From an uncultured virus (IMG/VR IMGVR_UViG_3300025102_000017) (taxonomy: Duplodnaviria > Heunggongvirae > Uroviricota > Caudoviricetes): a stretch of DNA of 64,000 nucleotides. Position 1 is the first letter of the stretch. The number at the start of each line of letters is the position of its first letter. The notes under the pieces were generated by a model. The model made no database searches, was not told the DNA's origin, and saw only the letters and a program-made list of their open reading frames with translations. Position numbers and translations under genes: made by a program. Shown one piece after another: positions 48,396 through 57,829 of this stretch. The stretch lies in the IMG/VR virus record IMGVR_UViG_3300025102_000017; one strand, given 5' to 3'.

Positions 48396-50582
48396 ATGGC
48401 ACTTCGATTAGCATCTCCGGGTATTTCTATACGCGAGGTTGACCTAACTCGTGGTGGCGTTGATTTTACAACCAACGTCGTAGCAGGTTTTGTGGGTCCC
48501 TTTCGTAAAGGACCCGTAAACGAAATCACGAGAATCAATAACGAGAAAGAGCTCGTTGAGGTATTCGGTCAACCCGGTTTAGGGAAATCTGATTATCATT
48601 ATGAGGTATTTTTGTCGGCGTCACACTTCCTGTCTTATGGCGGTAAGTTAGATGTCGTTCGTTGTAAAGGTGGAGACCTTATCAACGCCAACGCTGCTGT
48701 TGGTTACGCCAATACCACTAATCTGCTCGTAGAGAACGAGGATGATTACTACAATAATCATGCCGATGATCTCCACTGGTATTGGGCTGCCAAGAACCCT
48801 GGTGCTTGGTCGAACAAGGTAAAGGTTGCCGTAATCGACAACATTGCCGACCAGATTGTAACTCCCACCCTTGAAGTAGGCACCGTCGCATCCAACGTTA
48901 CCGTTGGTATGGGTGTCACTCAGGTCTTGACCGGCAAAACTATCGGTGTTGGTACTGAGAGTGCCGCAACCGGTATCCTGAAAGGTATCGTTACTGCTAA
49001 GGACGACACCGCTGGAACCATTGAAGTTCGCGTGGTTAGTACCGTTGTTGGAGGCACCGAAACCGCTGCTTCTTATCAACGCAATTCACAGCGTGAATTC
49101 AAGAATGGTGAGATGCTGAACTTTGTCAATAGTAGCGGTAACACCGTTGCTTCTGGCAGTACAGTGACTACTGCTGATTGGTACAACAATCAGAACATCC
49201 TTACCAGCGTCGCTGACGGTGGTACGGACTTGGTAACCCTTCCATGGCGTGCGGTTCTGAACCGCCCACAAACAAGCAACTACACTTCTGATCGTGACGG
49301 AAGTAACGATGCACTGCATATCGTAGTTGTTGACGCTGGTGGTCAGGTTACTGGAGACGTTGGTTCCGTTCTGGAGAAGTTCGGCAACCTGTCCAAATCA
49401 CTCGATGCTACCATCAGTGGTGGTAGAGAGATCTACTACAAGAACTACCTCGCAGAAAACTCAGAGTTCCTCTGGGCAGGCGTGTCTCTTGTAAATGGCA
49501 CTGACACTTATAACGACACCTCACCGATTGCTTCTGGATTCTCTTCCGGATTCACTGCGGTTACATCTGGTGCTGGTTCATGGGGTCAGGAATCTAAGGA
49601 TGTCAAGTTCAACTCTGTTGGCAACCAAATCTACGAACTTCTGGGTGGATTAGATTACACCGGAATCGGAGTATTTGATGCTCCTCTTGGAGACCTCCTC
49701 ACTTCCTATAACAAGTTTACCGATCCTGTAGATAGCGACATTCGCTTCCTTCTTCAGGGTGGTGCATTCAAAACTCGGGAAGAAGAGCAGGCGAAAGCAA
49801 ACAAGATGATCCAGATCTGCGAAGGTCGTAAGGATTGTATTGCTTTCATCTCTCCTGATCGCTTCAGTCAGATCAATGTAACTGACTCTGCCGACAAACT
49901 GAAGAATACACTTGAGTTCTTCTCTCCTATCACATCAACTTCTTACGCTGTCTTTGACTCTGGTTACCAGTACGTCTACGACCGCTTCAATAAGCAGTTT
50001 GTGTGGATGCCTACTTCAGCAGACATCGCTGGACTCTGTGCACGGACTGACCGGGACAACTTCCCGTGGTTCTCTCCTGCAGGTCAAGCGCGTGGTGGTC
50101 TAAACTTCTCCATCAAACTGGCCTTCAACCCTGGTCAGGATTCACGAGACCAACTTTACTCCAACCGGATCAATCCCGTCATTTCCCAACCATCTGGCGG
50201 CATCATCTTGTTCGGTGACAAGACGGGTCTTTCCTTCGAGAGTGCCTTTGATCGCATCAACGTCCGTCGCCTCTTCATCACACTGGAGAAAGCGATTGAG
50301 AACGCTGCAAAGTCACAACTCTTTGAATTGAATGACGCTGGAACTCGTTCCAACTTCATCAATATCGTCGAACCATTCCTCCGGGATGTTCAGGCAAAGC
50401 GTGGTATCACGGACTTCCTGCTGGTTTGCGACGAGACAAACAACACCCCTGATGTTATTGACCGCAACGAATTCCTCGCGGACATCTTCATCAAACCCGC
50501 CCGTTCGATCAACTTCATTGGTCTGACGTTTGTTGCTACCCGCACAGGCGTTAGCTTCAGCGAAGTCGTCGGCACCGTCTGA
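48396..50582 (+). CDS. gp18: Tail sheath protein gp18
   Basis: SPGISIREVDLT, PWFSPAG, FDRINVRRLF and KPARSINFI. Confidence 0.95.
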   Translation: MALRLASPGISIREVDLTRGGVDFTTNVVAGFVGPFRKGPVNEITRINNEKELVEVFGQPGLGKSDYHYEVFLSASHFLSYGGKLDVVRCKGGDLINANAAVGYANTTNLLVENEDDYYNNHADDLHWYWAAKNPGAWSNKVKVAVIDNIADQIVTPTLEVGTVASNVTVGMGVTQVLTGKTIGVGTESAATGILKGIVTAKDDTAGTIEVRVVSTVVGGTETAASYQRNSQREFKNGEMLNFVNSSGNTVASGSTVTTADWYNNQNILTSVADGGTDLVTLPWRAVLNRPQTSNYTSDRDGSNDALHIVVVDAGGQVTGDVGSVLEKFGNLSKSLDATISGGREIYYKNYLAENSEFLWAGVSLVNGTDTYNDTSPIASGFSSGFTAVTSGAGSWGQESKDVKFNSVGNQIYELLGGLDYTGIGVFDAPLGDLLTSYNKFTDPVDSDIRFLLQGGAFKTREEEQAKANKMIQICEGRKDCIAFISPDRFSQINVTDSADKLKNTLEFFSPITSTSYAVFDSGYQYVYDRFNKQFVWMPTSADIAGLCARTDRDNFPWFSPAGQARGGLNFSIKLAFNPGQDSRDQLYSNRINPVISQPSGGIILFGDKTGLSFESAFDRINVRRLFITLEKAIENAAKSQLFELNDAGTRSNFINIVEPFLRDVQAKRGITDFLLVCDETNNTPDVIDRNEFLADIFIKPARSINFIGLTFVATRTGVSFSEVVGTV

Positions 50583-50601
50583 TCAATAGGAGATCCAACT
50601 A

Positions 50602-51237
50602 ATGGCTTTAGATAGAAACATTTTTTCTATAAGAAATAATGAGAGAACGATTGATTCGTTCAAGTCACGCCTGGTGGGAGGTGGTGCTCGCCCCAACCTG
50701 TTTGAGGTTGAGTTGAACTTCCCTACGGGAGTTGGTATCTTTGATGAGGACATTGAAGATACCACATATCGGATGATGATCAAGGGAGCACAGCTCCCTG
50801 CTTCCAATATTCAGGAAGTTCTCGTTCCTTTCCGTGGGCGTCAATTGAAGGTTGCAGGAGATCGTCGTTTCGATCCTTGGACCATCACCGTCATCAACGA
50901 TGGTGACTTCAAACTCCGCGAAGCATTTGAGCGGTGGGCAAACTTCATCATCAAAGTATCAGACGGTTCTGGTACCATCAACCCCAGTGAGTATTACTCT
51001 GACTGGGTTGTCAACCAATTGGGTCGTGCAAGCACTGACATCAACATTGAGGGTAAAGATAACCCAGCACAACTTCCTGTTCTTCGCCGCTATGCGATGA
51101 AGGGTTGTTGGCCTTCTTCTGTGGGTGGTATTGAACTGTCCTACGATCAAGCAGATACTGTTGAAGAATTCCAGGTGACCCTCCAAGTTCAGTGGTGGGC
51201 TGCTTACGATTCTAATAATGGTCCTTCTGTGGTCTGA
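50602..51237 (+). CDS. gp19: Tail tube protein gp19
   Basis: GGARPNLFEV, FRGRQLKVAGDRRFDPW and EEFQVT. Confidence 0.95.
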   Translation: MALDRNIFSIRNNERTIDSFKSRLVGGGARPNLFEVELNFPTGVGIFDEDIEDTTYRMMIKGAQLPASNIQEVLVPFRGRQLKVAGDRRFDPWTITVINDGDFKLREAFERWANFIIKVSDGSGTINPSEYYSDWVVNQLGRASTDINIEGKDNPAQLPVLRRYAMKGCWPSSVGGIELSYDQADTVEEFQVTLQVQWWAAYDSNNGPSVV

Positions 51238-51243
51238 TAAATA
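51237..51243 (+). promoter_or_regulatory. Late promoter (ATAAATA)
   Basis: Upstream of gp20. Confidence 0.6.
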
Positions 51244-51270
51244 TATTGACAAGACCCCGAACCTAATATT

Positions 51271-52929
51271 ATGACCAAACTTTTTGGTTTTTCAATTGAT
51301 GATGAATCAAAAAAGTCGAAAGGTGTAATCAGCCCTGTCGCTCCTAACAAGGAGGATGGTGCTGATTATTACCTTTCTTCGGGTTTCTATGGGCAGTACG
51401 TTGATATCGAAGGTGTCTTCAGGACCGAGTTCGATATCATCAAACGCTATAGGGACATGTCCCTTCACCCTGAATGTGACACTGCTGTAGAGCATGTGGT
51501 CAATGAGGCAATTGTCTCTGACCTGAACGATTCTCCTGTCGAGATTGATCTCGATAATCTCCAGGTGGGTCAATCACTCAAGAATGTTATTCGTGATGAA
51601 TTCAAGATGGTGAAAGACCTTCTTGAATTTGATAAGAAGTCGCACGAGATCTTCCGCAACTGGTATGTGGACGGGCGACTGTACTACCATAAGGTTATCG
51701 ACGTACAGAAACCTGACGAAGGTATCAAAGAAGTCCGTTATATCGACGCCCTCAAGATCAAACTGATGAGGGTCAAACCCAATGACAAGGGTAAGGGTGT
51801 GCCTGACATGCCTATGCCTGACAACTCCGCAACCAACGTCAACAAAGACACTAAGGTTCAGGAATTTTACACCTACTACCCGCAGGGTATTGCACAGAAG
51901 TATGGTTCTGTTGCTGGCAAGGGTGTGCGAATTGCTAAGGATTCCATCTGTCACATCACCTCTGGTCTGGTAGACCGTAACAAAAAACTCACCCTCTCTT
52001 ACCTCCATAAGGCAATCAAGGGTCTGAACCAACTGAGAATGATTGAGGACTCCCTCGTCATCTATCGTCTTTCCCGTGCACCTGAGCGTCGTATTTTCTA
52101 CATCGACGTTGGCAACCTGCCAAAGGTCAAGGCAGAGCAGTATCTGCGTGACGTTATGAGTCGTTACCGGAACAAGTTGGTGTATGACGCCAACACCGGT
52201 GAGATCAAAGATGATAAGAAGTTCATGTCCATGCTGGAAGACTTCTGGCTTCCTCGTCGTGAGGGTGGTCGTGGAACTGAGATCTCTACACTGCCTGGTG
52301 GACAGAACCTGGGCGAACTGAGTGACATTGAATACTTCCAGAAGAAACTGTATCGTTCACTGAACGTTCCTGAGTCCCGCATTGGTGGTGACAGTGGTTT
52401 CAACATGGGTCGTTCTAGTGAGATCCTTCGTGACGAACTGATGTTCAGTAAGTTCGTGGGTCGTCTCCGTAAGCGTTTCTCTGCATTGTTCCTTGATCTT
52501 CTGAAGACTCAGTTGATCCTGAAGAACATCGTGACTCCCGAAGACTGGGATAAGATGTCAGAGCACATCCAGTTCGACTACCTTTATGACAACCACTTCG
52601 CTGAACTGAAGGAAACAGAACTGATGAATGAGCGTTTGAACCTGATGGTCCAGGTCGAACCTTACATCGGTACTTACTACTCCCGTGACTATGTGAAGCG
52701 TAAGATTCTCCGTCAGAGTGACGAAGAGATTCTGGAAATGGAACAGGAGATGGATGAAGAGAATGCCGAAGGCACCGGAGTCCCGCTAGAAACTCAAAAT
52801 ATGATCATGCAAGGTCAGATTGAGAACGGTCAAATTGGCACAAATAAGGATGGATCGATGGGTAAAGTGCCTGAGGATCCTGAGCAAATGCAGGCTCCCA
52901 CTCTAAATATCAAGAAGGCCAAGATATAA
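51271..52929 (+). CDS. gp20: Portal protein gp20
   Basis: RAPERRIFYIDVGNLPK and EDFWLPRREGGRGTEI. Confidence 0.97.
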   Translation: MTKLFGFSIDDESKKSKGVISPVAPNKEDGADYYLSSGFYGQYVDIEGVFRTEFDIIKRYRDMSLHPECDTAVEHVVNEAIVSDLNDSPVEIDLDNLQVGQSLKNVIRDEFKMVKDLLEFDKKSHEIFRNWYVDGRLYYHKVIDVQKPDEGIKEVRYIDALKIKLMRVKPNDKGKGVPDMPMPDNSATNVNKDTKVQEFYTYYPQGIAQKYGSVAGKGVRIAKDSICHITSGLVDRNKKLTLSYLHKAIKGLNQLRMIEDSLVIYRLSRAPERRIFYIDVGNLPKVKAEQYLRDVMSRYRNKLVYDANTGEIKDDKKFMSMLEDFWLPRREGGRGTEISTLPGGQNLGELSDIEYFQKKLYRSLNVPESRIGGDSGFNMGRSSEILRDELMFSKFVGRLRKRFSALFLDLLKTQLILKNIVTPEDWDKMSEHIQFDYLYDNHFAELKETELMNERLNLMVQVEPYIGTYYSRDYVKRKILRQSDEEILEMEQEMDEENAEGTGVPLETQNMIMQGQIENGQIGTNKDGSMGKVPEDPEQMQAPTLNIKKAKI

Positions 52930-52932
52930 ATA
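52925..52932 (+). promoter_or_regulatory. Late promoter, exact T4 consensus TATAAATA
   Basis: Upstream of 52957. Confidence 0.7.
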
Positions 52933-52956
52933 ACCTTTAGCGTTTCTACTATTGTA

Positions 52957-53175
52957 ATGGATACTGATCAACTTTTGGACATGATGGGTTCTAACGAATC
53001 CACTCCTAGCGAAATTCATGATGCAATCAAAACTTTGTTGCATCAGAAAGCTGCAGAGAGAGTGTCCGAGGTAACCCCCGCTGTGGCATCAGGTGTTTTT
53101 GGCGATACCTCTGGTGATATCCCTGGTGATGAAGTGGAAACGACTACTGACGAAACCGAAGAGGAGTCTGAGTGA
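52957..53175 (+). CDS. Small acidic prohead core protein (gp67-like position)
   Basis: 72 aa with an acidic tail, directly after the portal gene. Confidence 0.6.
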   Translation: MDTDQLLDMMGSNESTPSEIHDAIKTLLHQKAAERVSEVTPAVASGVFGDTSGDIPGDEVETTTDETEEESE

Positions 53176-53732
53176 TGCAAGCACTGAAACTTGTAGCTGA
53201 CCATGGTGAACTTTCAAGTAATGATGCAACTACTGTTGCCTCCAGTGCTTTTTCAGTGAAAACTGGTCTGCTCTATTTGGCATGTAGTTCTGAGAAAAAG
53301 AGTGGTCACGTTGCTGTATGCAACACTATTGCTCAGGCAGGTGTGGGTTCATTCCATGTTGAGAAAGGAAATGGTTTCCTTTATCGATATGGTCATCCGG
53401 CGAACGCTAAGATTGTTAGCGTCGAAAAAGGTTCATCTACAGTTTTGACTGTTGATTTCCCCGACACCAAAATCCAAGTCGGTGATTTTATTACTATGAG
53501 TGGCAGTGCTGTGAGTGGATACAACACCACTTTGGCACATGTTGAGGTAACTGCTGTTTCTGATCCTCAGGTCAAAAACAACTACCAAAAAACTATCACA
53601 GTTGATGCCGATACTGCTTCCCTTGCGGACTTTACTGGCACTGCTGAAGTTGCTAAATCAGTCATTGTAAGACTGGCAGCAGAAACTGGTGATGGTTGCA
53701 CGATACATGTACACGAGGTCAACCTAGGATGA
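53172..53732 (+). CDS. Hypothetical virion protein
   Basis: 186 aa, beta-rich; coupled between the gp67-like gene and gp21. Confidence 0.65.
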   Translation: MMQALKLVADHGELSSNDATTVASSAFSVKTGLLYLACSSEKKSGHVAVCNTIAQAGVGSFHVEKGNGFLYRYGHPANAKIVSVEKGSSTVLTVDFPDTKIQVGDFITMSGSAVSGYNTTLAHVEVTAVSDPQVKNNYQKTITVDADTASLADFTGTAEVAKSVIVRLAAETGDGCTIHVHEVNLG

Positions 53733-54376
53733 AACTAATTTCCGAAGAAATTGAATCAGTAGATATTCTTACCGAAGAAAAAGACGGTAAGAAGACTCTC
53801 TACATCCAAGGTCCCTTCCTCCAAGCAGAGGTTGTGAATCGTAATAAGCGTTGCTATCCTCTTGCGACTATGGTCAATGAGGTGTCTCGCTATAACGAGT
53901 CCTTCACCTCTAAGGGTCGTGCCCTTGGTGAACTGGGTCATCCTGACGGACCCCAGATCAATCTGGATCGTGTATCCCATAAGATTGTCTCTCTCACTCA
54001 AGAAGGCAATAACTTTGTTGGCAAAGCTCAAATTCTTTCAACCCCCATGGGGAAGATTGCTGAGTCCTTGATTAGCGAAGGGGTCAAACTCGGCGTGTCT
54101 TCTCGTGGAATGGGTTCTATCACTCAACGCGATGGAGTCAATTATGTCGGGGAAGATTTCATGCTCGCTACAGCTGCTGATATTGTTGCTGATCCATCTG
54201 CCCCTGATGCTTTTGTAGATGGGATTATGGAAGGAAAAGAGTGGGTCTGGGAAGGCGGTGTACTCCGTGAAAAAGCCTGCAGGGCAATTGAAGAGAGTAT
54301 AAATACCGCTGTAGATGAAGGAGTTCTTGAGGCACACAAGTTGCGCCTATTTTCTCAATTCCTTTCAAATCTATAA
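53729..54376 (+). CDS. gp21: Prohead protease gp21
   Basis: ALGELGHP, LGVSSRGMGS and DIVADPSAPDAFV; start at ATG 53729. Confidence 0.95.
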   Translation: MKLISEEIESVDILTEEKDGKKTLYIQGPFLQAEVVNRNKRCYPLATMVNEVSRYNESFTSKGRALGELGHPDGPQINLDRVSHKIVSLTQEGNNFVGKAQILSTPMGKIAESLISEGVKLGVSSRGMGSITQRDGVNYVGEDFMLATAADIVADPSAPDAFVDGIMEGKEWVWEGGVLREKACRAIEESINTAVDEGVLEAHKLRLFSQFLSNL

Positions 54377-54380
54377 AACT

Positions 54381-54387
54381 CTAAATA
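54381..54387 (+). promoter_or_regulatory. Late promoter (CTAAATA)
   Basis: Upstream of gp22-gp23. Confidence 0.65.
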
Positions 54388-54423
54388 ATAACAGTAATAA
54401 CTAGGACTTACGGAAGCTAACCG

Positions 54424-55512
54424 ATGGCTGAAGCGAAACAAACACTAGATGAAATGGAGAACCAGGTTACTAAAGGTGCGTCTAAAGCGGAACCTATGCC
54501 TAAGGCTCCCAACTACGTGCCGGACAACGCCTCGATCGAAGATCTTGGTGGACCTACTCCTACTAACTCCAGACCAGAAGACGACAGCAATAAGCTGAAG
54601 ACTCCTGGTGCCTCTTTTGCACAAGCAGGCGACCCCCATTTTGGGCGTAAAGGTGCCGCTGGCAAAGTACAACTCCCTGGACCTGCTGCTCTGAAGAGCA
54701 CCGGTTACGGTGAAGAGGTTGAATCTGAAGAAGAGGTGGTTGCTGAAGCCCCCGCTACCGAAGAGGAAGTTGTTGCTGAAGAAGAGCAGACGAACGAAAT
54801 CGTCATCGACGTTGCCGATGATGTCGCCGCTCTCCTCGAAGGCGAAGAACTCTCTGCCGAGTTCCAAGAAAAGACCGCTACGATCTTTGAAGCTGCAGTT
54901 CGCAGCAAGATCGATCAAGTGGCAAGCACTCTGGAAACTCAGTTCGCTGAAGCATTCGATCAAGAGATCGCTAGCTTCAAGACTGAAATGACCGAGCGTG
55001 TTGATTCATACCTAGAGTTCGTTGCAAACGAATGGATCAACGAAAATGCGTTGCAGGTCGAGACAGGAATCCGAGGTGAACTTTCGGAGTCCTTTATGTC
55101 GGGTCTCAAGACCCTTTTTGAAGAACATTATGTTGAAATCCCTGAAGATAAATATGATGTCTTGGAAGCAATGACTTCCAAGCTTGATGAAATGGAGACA
55201 AAACTCAATGAACAGATCGACAGCAACGTCGCATTGACTAAGCGACTGTCGGCATCTGTTTCTGACAACATCCTCGATGAAGTAAGTGAAGGTCTGGCAC
55301 TGTCCCAAAAAGACAAGCTCTCGGAACTCTCTAAAGGTGTTGAGTTTGAAAGTGAAGAACAGTACCGGGAAAAGCTCGCCACCCTGAAGGAGTCGTACTT
55401 TGCTGCGAAGCCTGTGGTCGAGTCCCAAGAAGTTAGCAGCGAGGAGAGCCTGGTCGAAGATCATTCTCCGGCGATGAGTGCTTATCTCAACGCTCTGACT
55501 AAGTTCCAATAG
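54424..55512 (+). CDS. gp22: Prohead scaffold protein gp22
   Basis: EDLGGPTP, ATIFEAAV, VDSYLE and LKESYF; acidic coiled coil. Confidence 0.92.
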   Translation: MAEAKQTLDEMENQVTKGASKAEPMPKAPNYVPDNASIEDLGGPTPTNSRPEDDSNKLKTPGASFAQAGDPHFGRKGAAGKVQLPGPAALKSTGYGEEVESEEEVVAEAPATEEEVVAEEEQTNEIVIDVADDVAALLEGEELSAEFQEKTATIFEAAVRSKIDQVASTLETQFAEAFDQEIASFKTEMTERVDSYLEFVANEWINENALQVETGIRGELSESFMSGLKTLFEEHYVEIPEDKYDVLEAMTSKLDEMETKLNEQIDSNVALTKRLSASVSDNILDEVSEGLALSQKDKLSELSKGVEFESEEQYREKLATLKESYFAAKPVVESQEVSSEESLVEDHSPAMSAYLNALTKFQ

Positions 55513-55544
55513 TATAAAAACACCCAACCAATTAGGTAAACCCA

Positions 55545-56951
55545 ATGTTCAATTCTGGATCCCTCCAGAAGAAGTGGGCACCCCTGCTGGAGGCCGAAGG
55601 ACTTGATGCTATCAAGGACAACCACCGCAAGGCAGTAACCGCTCAACTTCTCGAAAACCAAGAACGTTTTCTCCGTGAAGAGCGTGCATTCCTGAGTGAA
55701 GCACCTCCGACCGTAAACACTGACCCCTCTTCTGCTGGCACCGCCGGTTTTAGTGGTGGCGCAGCCGCTGCTGGTCCTGTTGCAGGTTTCGACCCTGTGC
55801 TGATCAGCCTGATCCGTCGCTCCATGCCCAACCTGGTCGCTTATGACCTCGCTGGTGTGCAGCCGATGTCCGGTCCTACCGGTCTGATCTTCGCAATGCG
55901 CTCCCGCTATGACAACCAGTCTGGCACCGAGGCATTCTTCAACGAGCCCGATTCGGCGTTCTCCGCTCAGAACTCCAACGCATCACTGGATCAAGGTGAT
56001 TACACTGGAGCTACTGACGGCGGCACTTCTGTCGGTTTCGGTACAACCGCCCAAGGCGGCAGCAACCCCTCCATCCTGAATGGTGGTGCTAACAACGACT
56101 ACTCCGTTGGACAAGGTTTCAACACCCAAGCTTCTGAAGCTCTGGGCGATGGTGCCTCGAACGACTTCCGTGAGATGGCGTTCAGCATCGAGAAAGTCTC
56201 GGTGACCGCCAAGTCACGTGCCCTGAAGGCAGAGTACAGCCTTGAGCTTGCTCAGGACCTGAAGGCGATCCACGGTCTGGATGCTGAAGCGGAACTCGCT
56301 AACATCCTCAGCACTGAGATTCTTGCTGAGATCAACCGCGAGATCATCCGTACCATCTACAAGTCTGCTGAAGCAGGTGCTCAAACCAACACTGCCACCA
56401 CTGGCGTGTTCGACCTTGACACCGACAGCAACGGTCGTTGGATGGTTGAGAAGTTCAAAGGTATGATCTTCCAACTGGAGCGTGATGCTAACGCCATCGC
56501 TCAAAGGACTCGTCGCGGGAAGGGTAACATCATCCTTTGCTCCGCTGATGTTGCTTCCGCTCTGACCGCCGCTGGTCAACTGGACTACACCCCCGCCCTG
56601 TCATCCAACATGAACGTTGATGACACCGGCAACACCTTCGCTGGTACCCTCAACGGTCGCTATCGCGTCTACATTGACCCGTTTGCTGCTAACCTGAGTG
56701 CAGATCAGTATTACGTGATGGGCTACAAGGGTTCTAACCCTTATGACGCCGGTCTGTTCTACTGCCCTTACGTGCCCCTGCAAATGGTTCGCGCCGTTGG
56801 TCAGGACACCTTCCAGCCGAAAATCGGTTTCAAGACTCGCTACGGCATGGTTGCAAACCCCTATGCAGAAGGTACTACCCAAGGTCTGGGTCGTATCACT
56901 GCTGGTTCCAACCGCTACTACCGTCGCGTCAAGGTCCAAAACCTCATGTGA
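55545..56951 (+). CDS. gp23: Major capsid protein gp23
   Basis: GVQPMSGPTGLIFAMR, KSRALKAEYS.ELAQDLKAIHGLDAE and FQPKIGFKTRYG. Confidence 0.98.
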   Translation: MFNSGSLQKKWAPLLEAEGLDAIKDNHRKAVTAQLLENQERFLREERAFLSEAPPTVNTDPSSAGTAGFSGGAAAAGPVAGFDPVLISLIRRSMPNLVAYDLAGVQPMSGPTGLIFAMRSRYDNQSGTEAFFNEPDSAFSAQNSNASLDQGDYTGATDGGTSVGFGTTAQGGSNPSILNGGANNDYSVGQGFNTQASEALGDGASNDFREMAFSIEKVSVTAKSRALKAEYSLELAQDLKAIHGLDAEAELANILSTEILAEINREIIRTIYKSAEAGAQTNTATTGVFDLDTDSNGRWMVEKFKGMIFQLERDANAIAQRTRRGKGNIILCSADVASALTAAGQLDYTPALSSNMNVDDTGNTFAGTLNGRYRVYIDPFAANLSADQYYVMGYKGSNPYDAGLFYCPYVPLQMVRAVGQDTFQPKIGFKTRYGMVANPYAEGTTQGLGRITAGSNRYYRRVKVQNLM

Positions 56952-56971
56952 TTTGGTATCACATACCTTAC

Positions 56972-56997
56972 AGGGAGTCTTCGGACTCCCTTTTTTT
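56972..56997 (+). terminator. gp23 intrinsic terminator with cUUCGg tetraloop
   Basis: AGGGAGTC-TTCG-GACTCCCT followed by a T run. Confidence 0.9.
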
Positions 56998-57077
56998 ATC
57001 TCAATGTGTTGTTGGATGTGTTGTTGGAAATACCCCAATCGCTGTCATAGACTCTATATGGAATCCATTTCAAAACG

Positions 57078-57260
57078 ATGAAAACTTTCAAGCAATTCAG
57101 AGAAGCATACTCTGGTCGGGAAAGACAAGACCATGCTCCCAAACCACCTGTTGACCGTAAGTTGAAAATCGATTATGGTTCAGGCAATTGGAAGAAAAAA
57201 TACAATATGCCATCAGCGTTTCCCGGCAATTACACACCACCGAAAACCGTAGACGTTTAG
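57078..57260 (+). CDS. Small protein with capsid-targeting-like N-terminus
   Basis: MKTFKQFRE resembles the T4 internal-protein leader MKTYQEFIAE. Confidence 0.6.
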   Translation: MKTFKQFREAYSGRERQDHAPKPPVDRKLKIDYGSGNWKKKYNMPSAFPGNYTPPKTVDV

Positions 57261-57388
57261 TCTTGTAAAGAAATTACAAATGTTAGTGAACTAACACAAA
57301 CTTGTATAGATAGTGCAGTCGCAAGAGGTTGTGATGAAATGAAAGGTTCAAATCCCTTACATCATAAGTCTTTCCGATCTATCTTTAC

Positions 57389-57547
57389 ATGCATAACATA
57401 ATTTCGCACAATCAGTTGACTGAATGGTGTCGAATAGAGCAATTAGAGGAAGCAGACGACAAAATCAATGACTACTATGAGTGTCTAATTGAATGTGAAC
57501 AAGAGTCTAGTGCATGCAAACGCATATGCAAAGAAATTTTATTGTGA
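57389..57547 (+). CDS. Small 4-Cys protein (52 aa)
   Basis: Not in the track. MHNIISHNQLTEWCRIEQLEEADDKINDYYECLIECEQESSACKRICKEILL; terminator immediately after. Confidence 0.7.
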   Translation: MHNIISHNQLTEWCRIEQLEEADDKINDYYECLIECEQESSACKRICKEILL

Positions 57548-57557
57548 TGTAGGTCCC

Positions 57558-57585
57558 GACCCCTCCCCAAGAGGGGTCTTTTTTT
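57558..57585 (+). terminator. Intrinsic terminator
   Basis: GACCCCT-N7-AGGGGTC followed by seven T. Confidence 0.8.
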
Positions 57586-57628
57586 GCCCATAGATAGTGT
57601 ATACTGTTCTCGTACCAACACAAAATTC

Positions 57629-57829
57629 ATGAAGGACCAGAACGTCATTATGGAACCCGAGACCAAGAGAATCAAGTGGAACCGGGGTCTTGATCTGTTT
57701 GTTGAGAGCGTGCTGAAGCCTGATCACATGCTGCGTCAGTGTGCCCACAATCAACTTTGCTATAATGAGTTGATGGACATCCGTGAAGATGTTCTAGATT
57801 ATCTAAAGACGAAGCGTTGGCATGCCTAA
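57629..57829 (+). CDS. Small hypothetical protein (66 aa)
   Basis: MKDQ...WNRGLDLFVESVLKPD..LRQCAHNQ.CYNELM; ATAGATA promoter variant upstream; likely start ATG 57629. Confidence 0.7.
   Translation: MKDQNVIMEPETKRIKWNRGLDLFVESVLKPDHMLRQCAHNQLCYNELMDIREDVLDYLKTKRWHA

Noticed and set aside
13268..56951. Numerous minus-strand and alternate-frame ORFs in the track (e.g. 19019..19645, 54445..54963, 55012..55545)
   Set aside because: Shadow ORFs of long, codon-biased genes with no recognisable motifs; TTAA loss also removes some antisense stop codons.
57265..57277. Canonical NtcA box
   Set aside because: Spacing is GTA-N7-TAC, not N8.
57341..57360. Possible tRNA gene (GGTTCAAATCC)
   Set aside because: No D-arm, anticodon arm or acceptor stem could be folded; kept only as a T-loop-like element.
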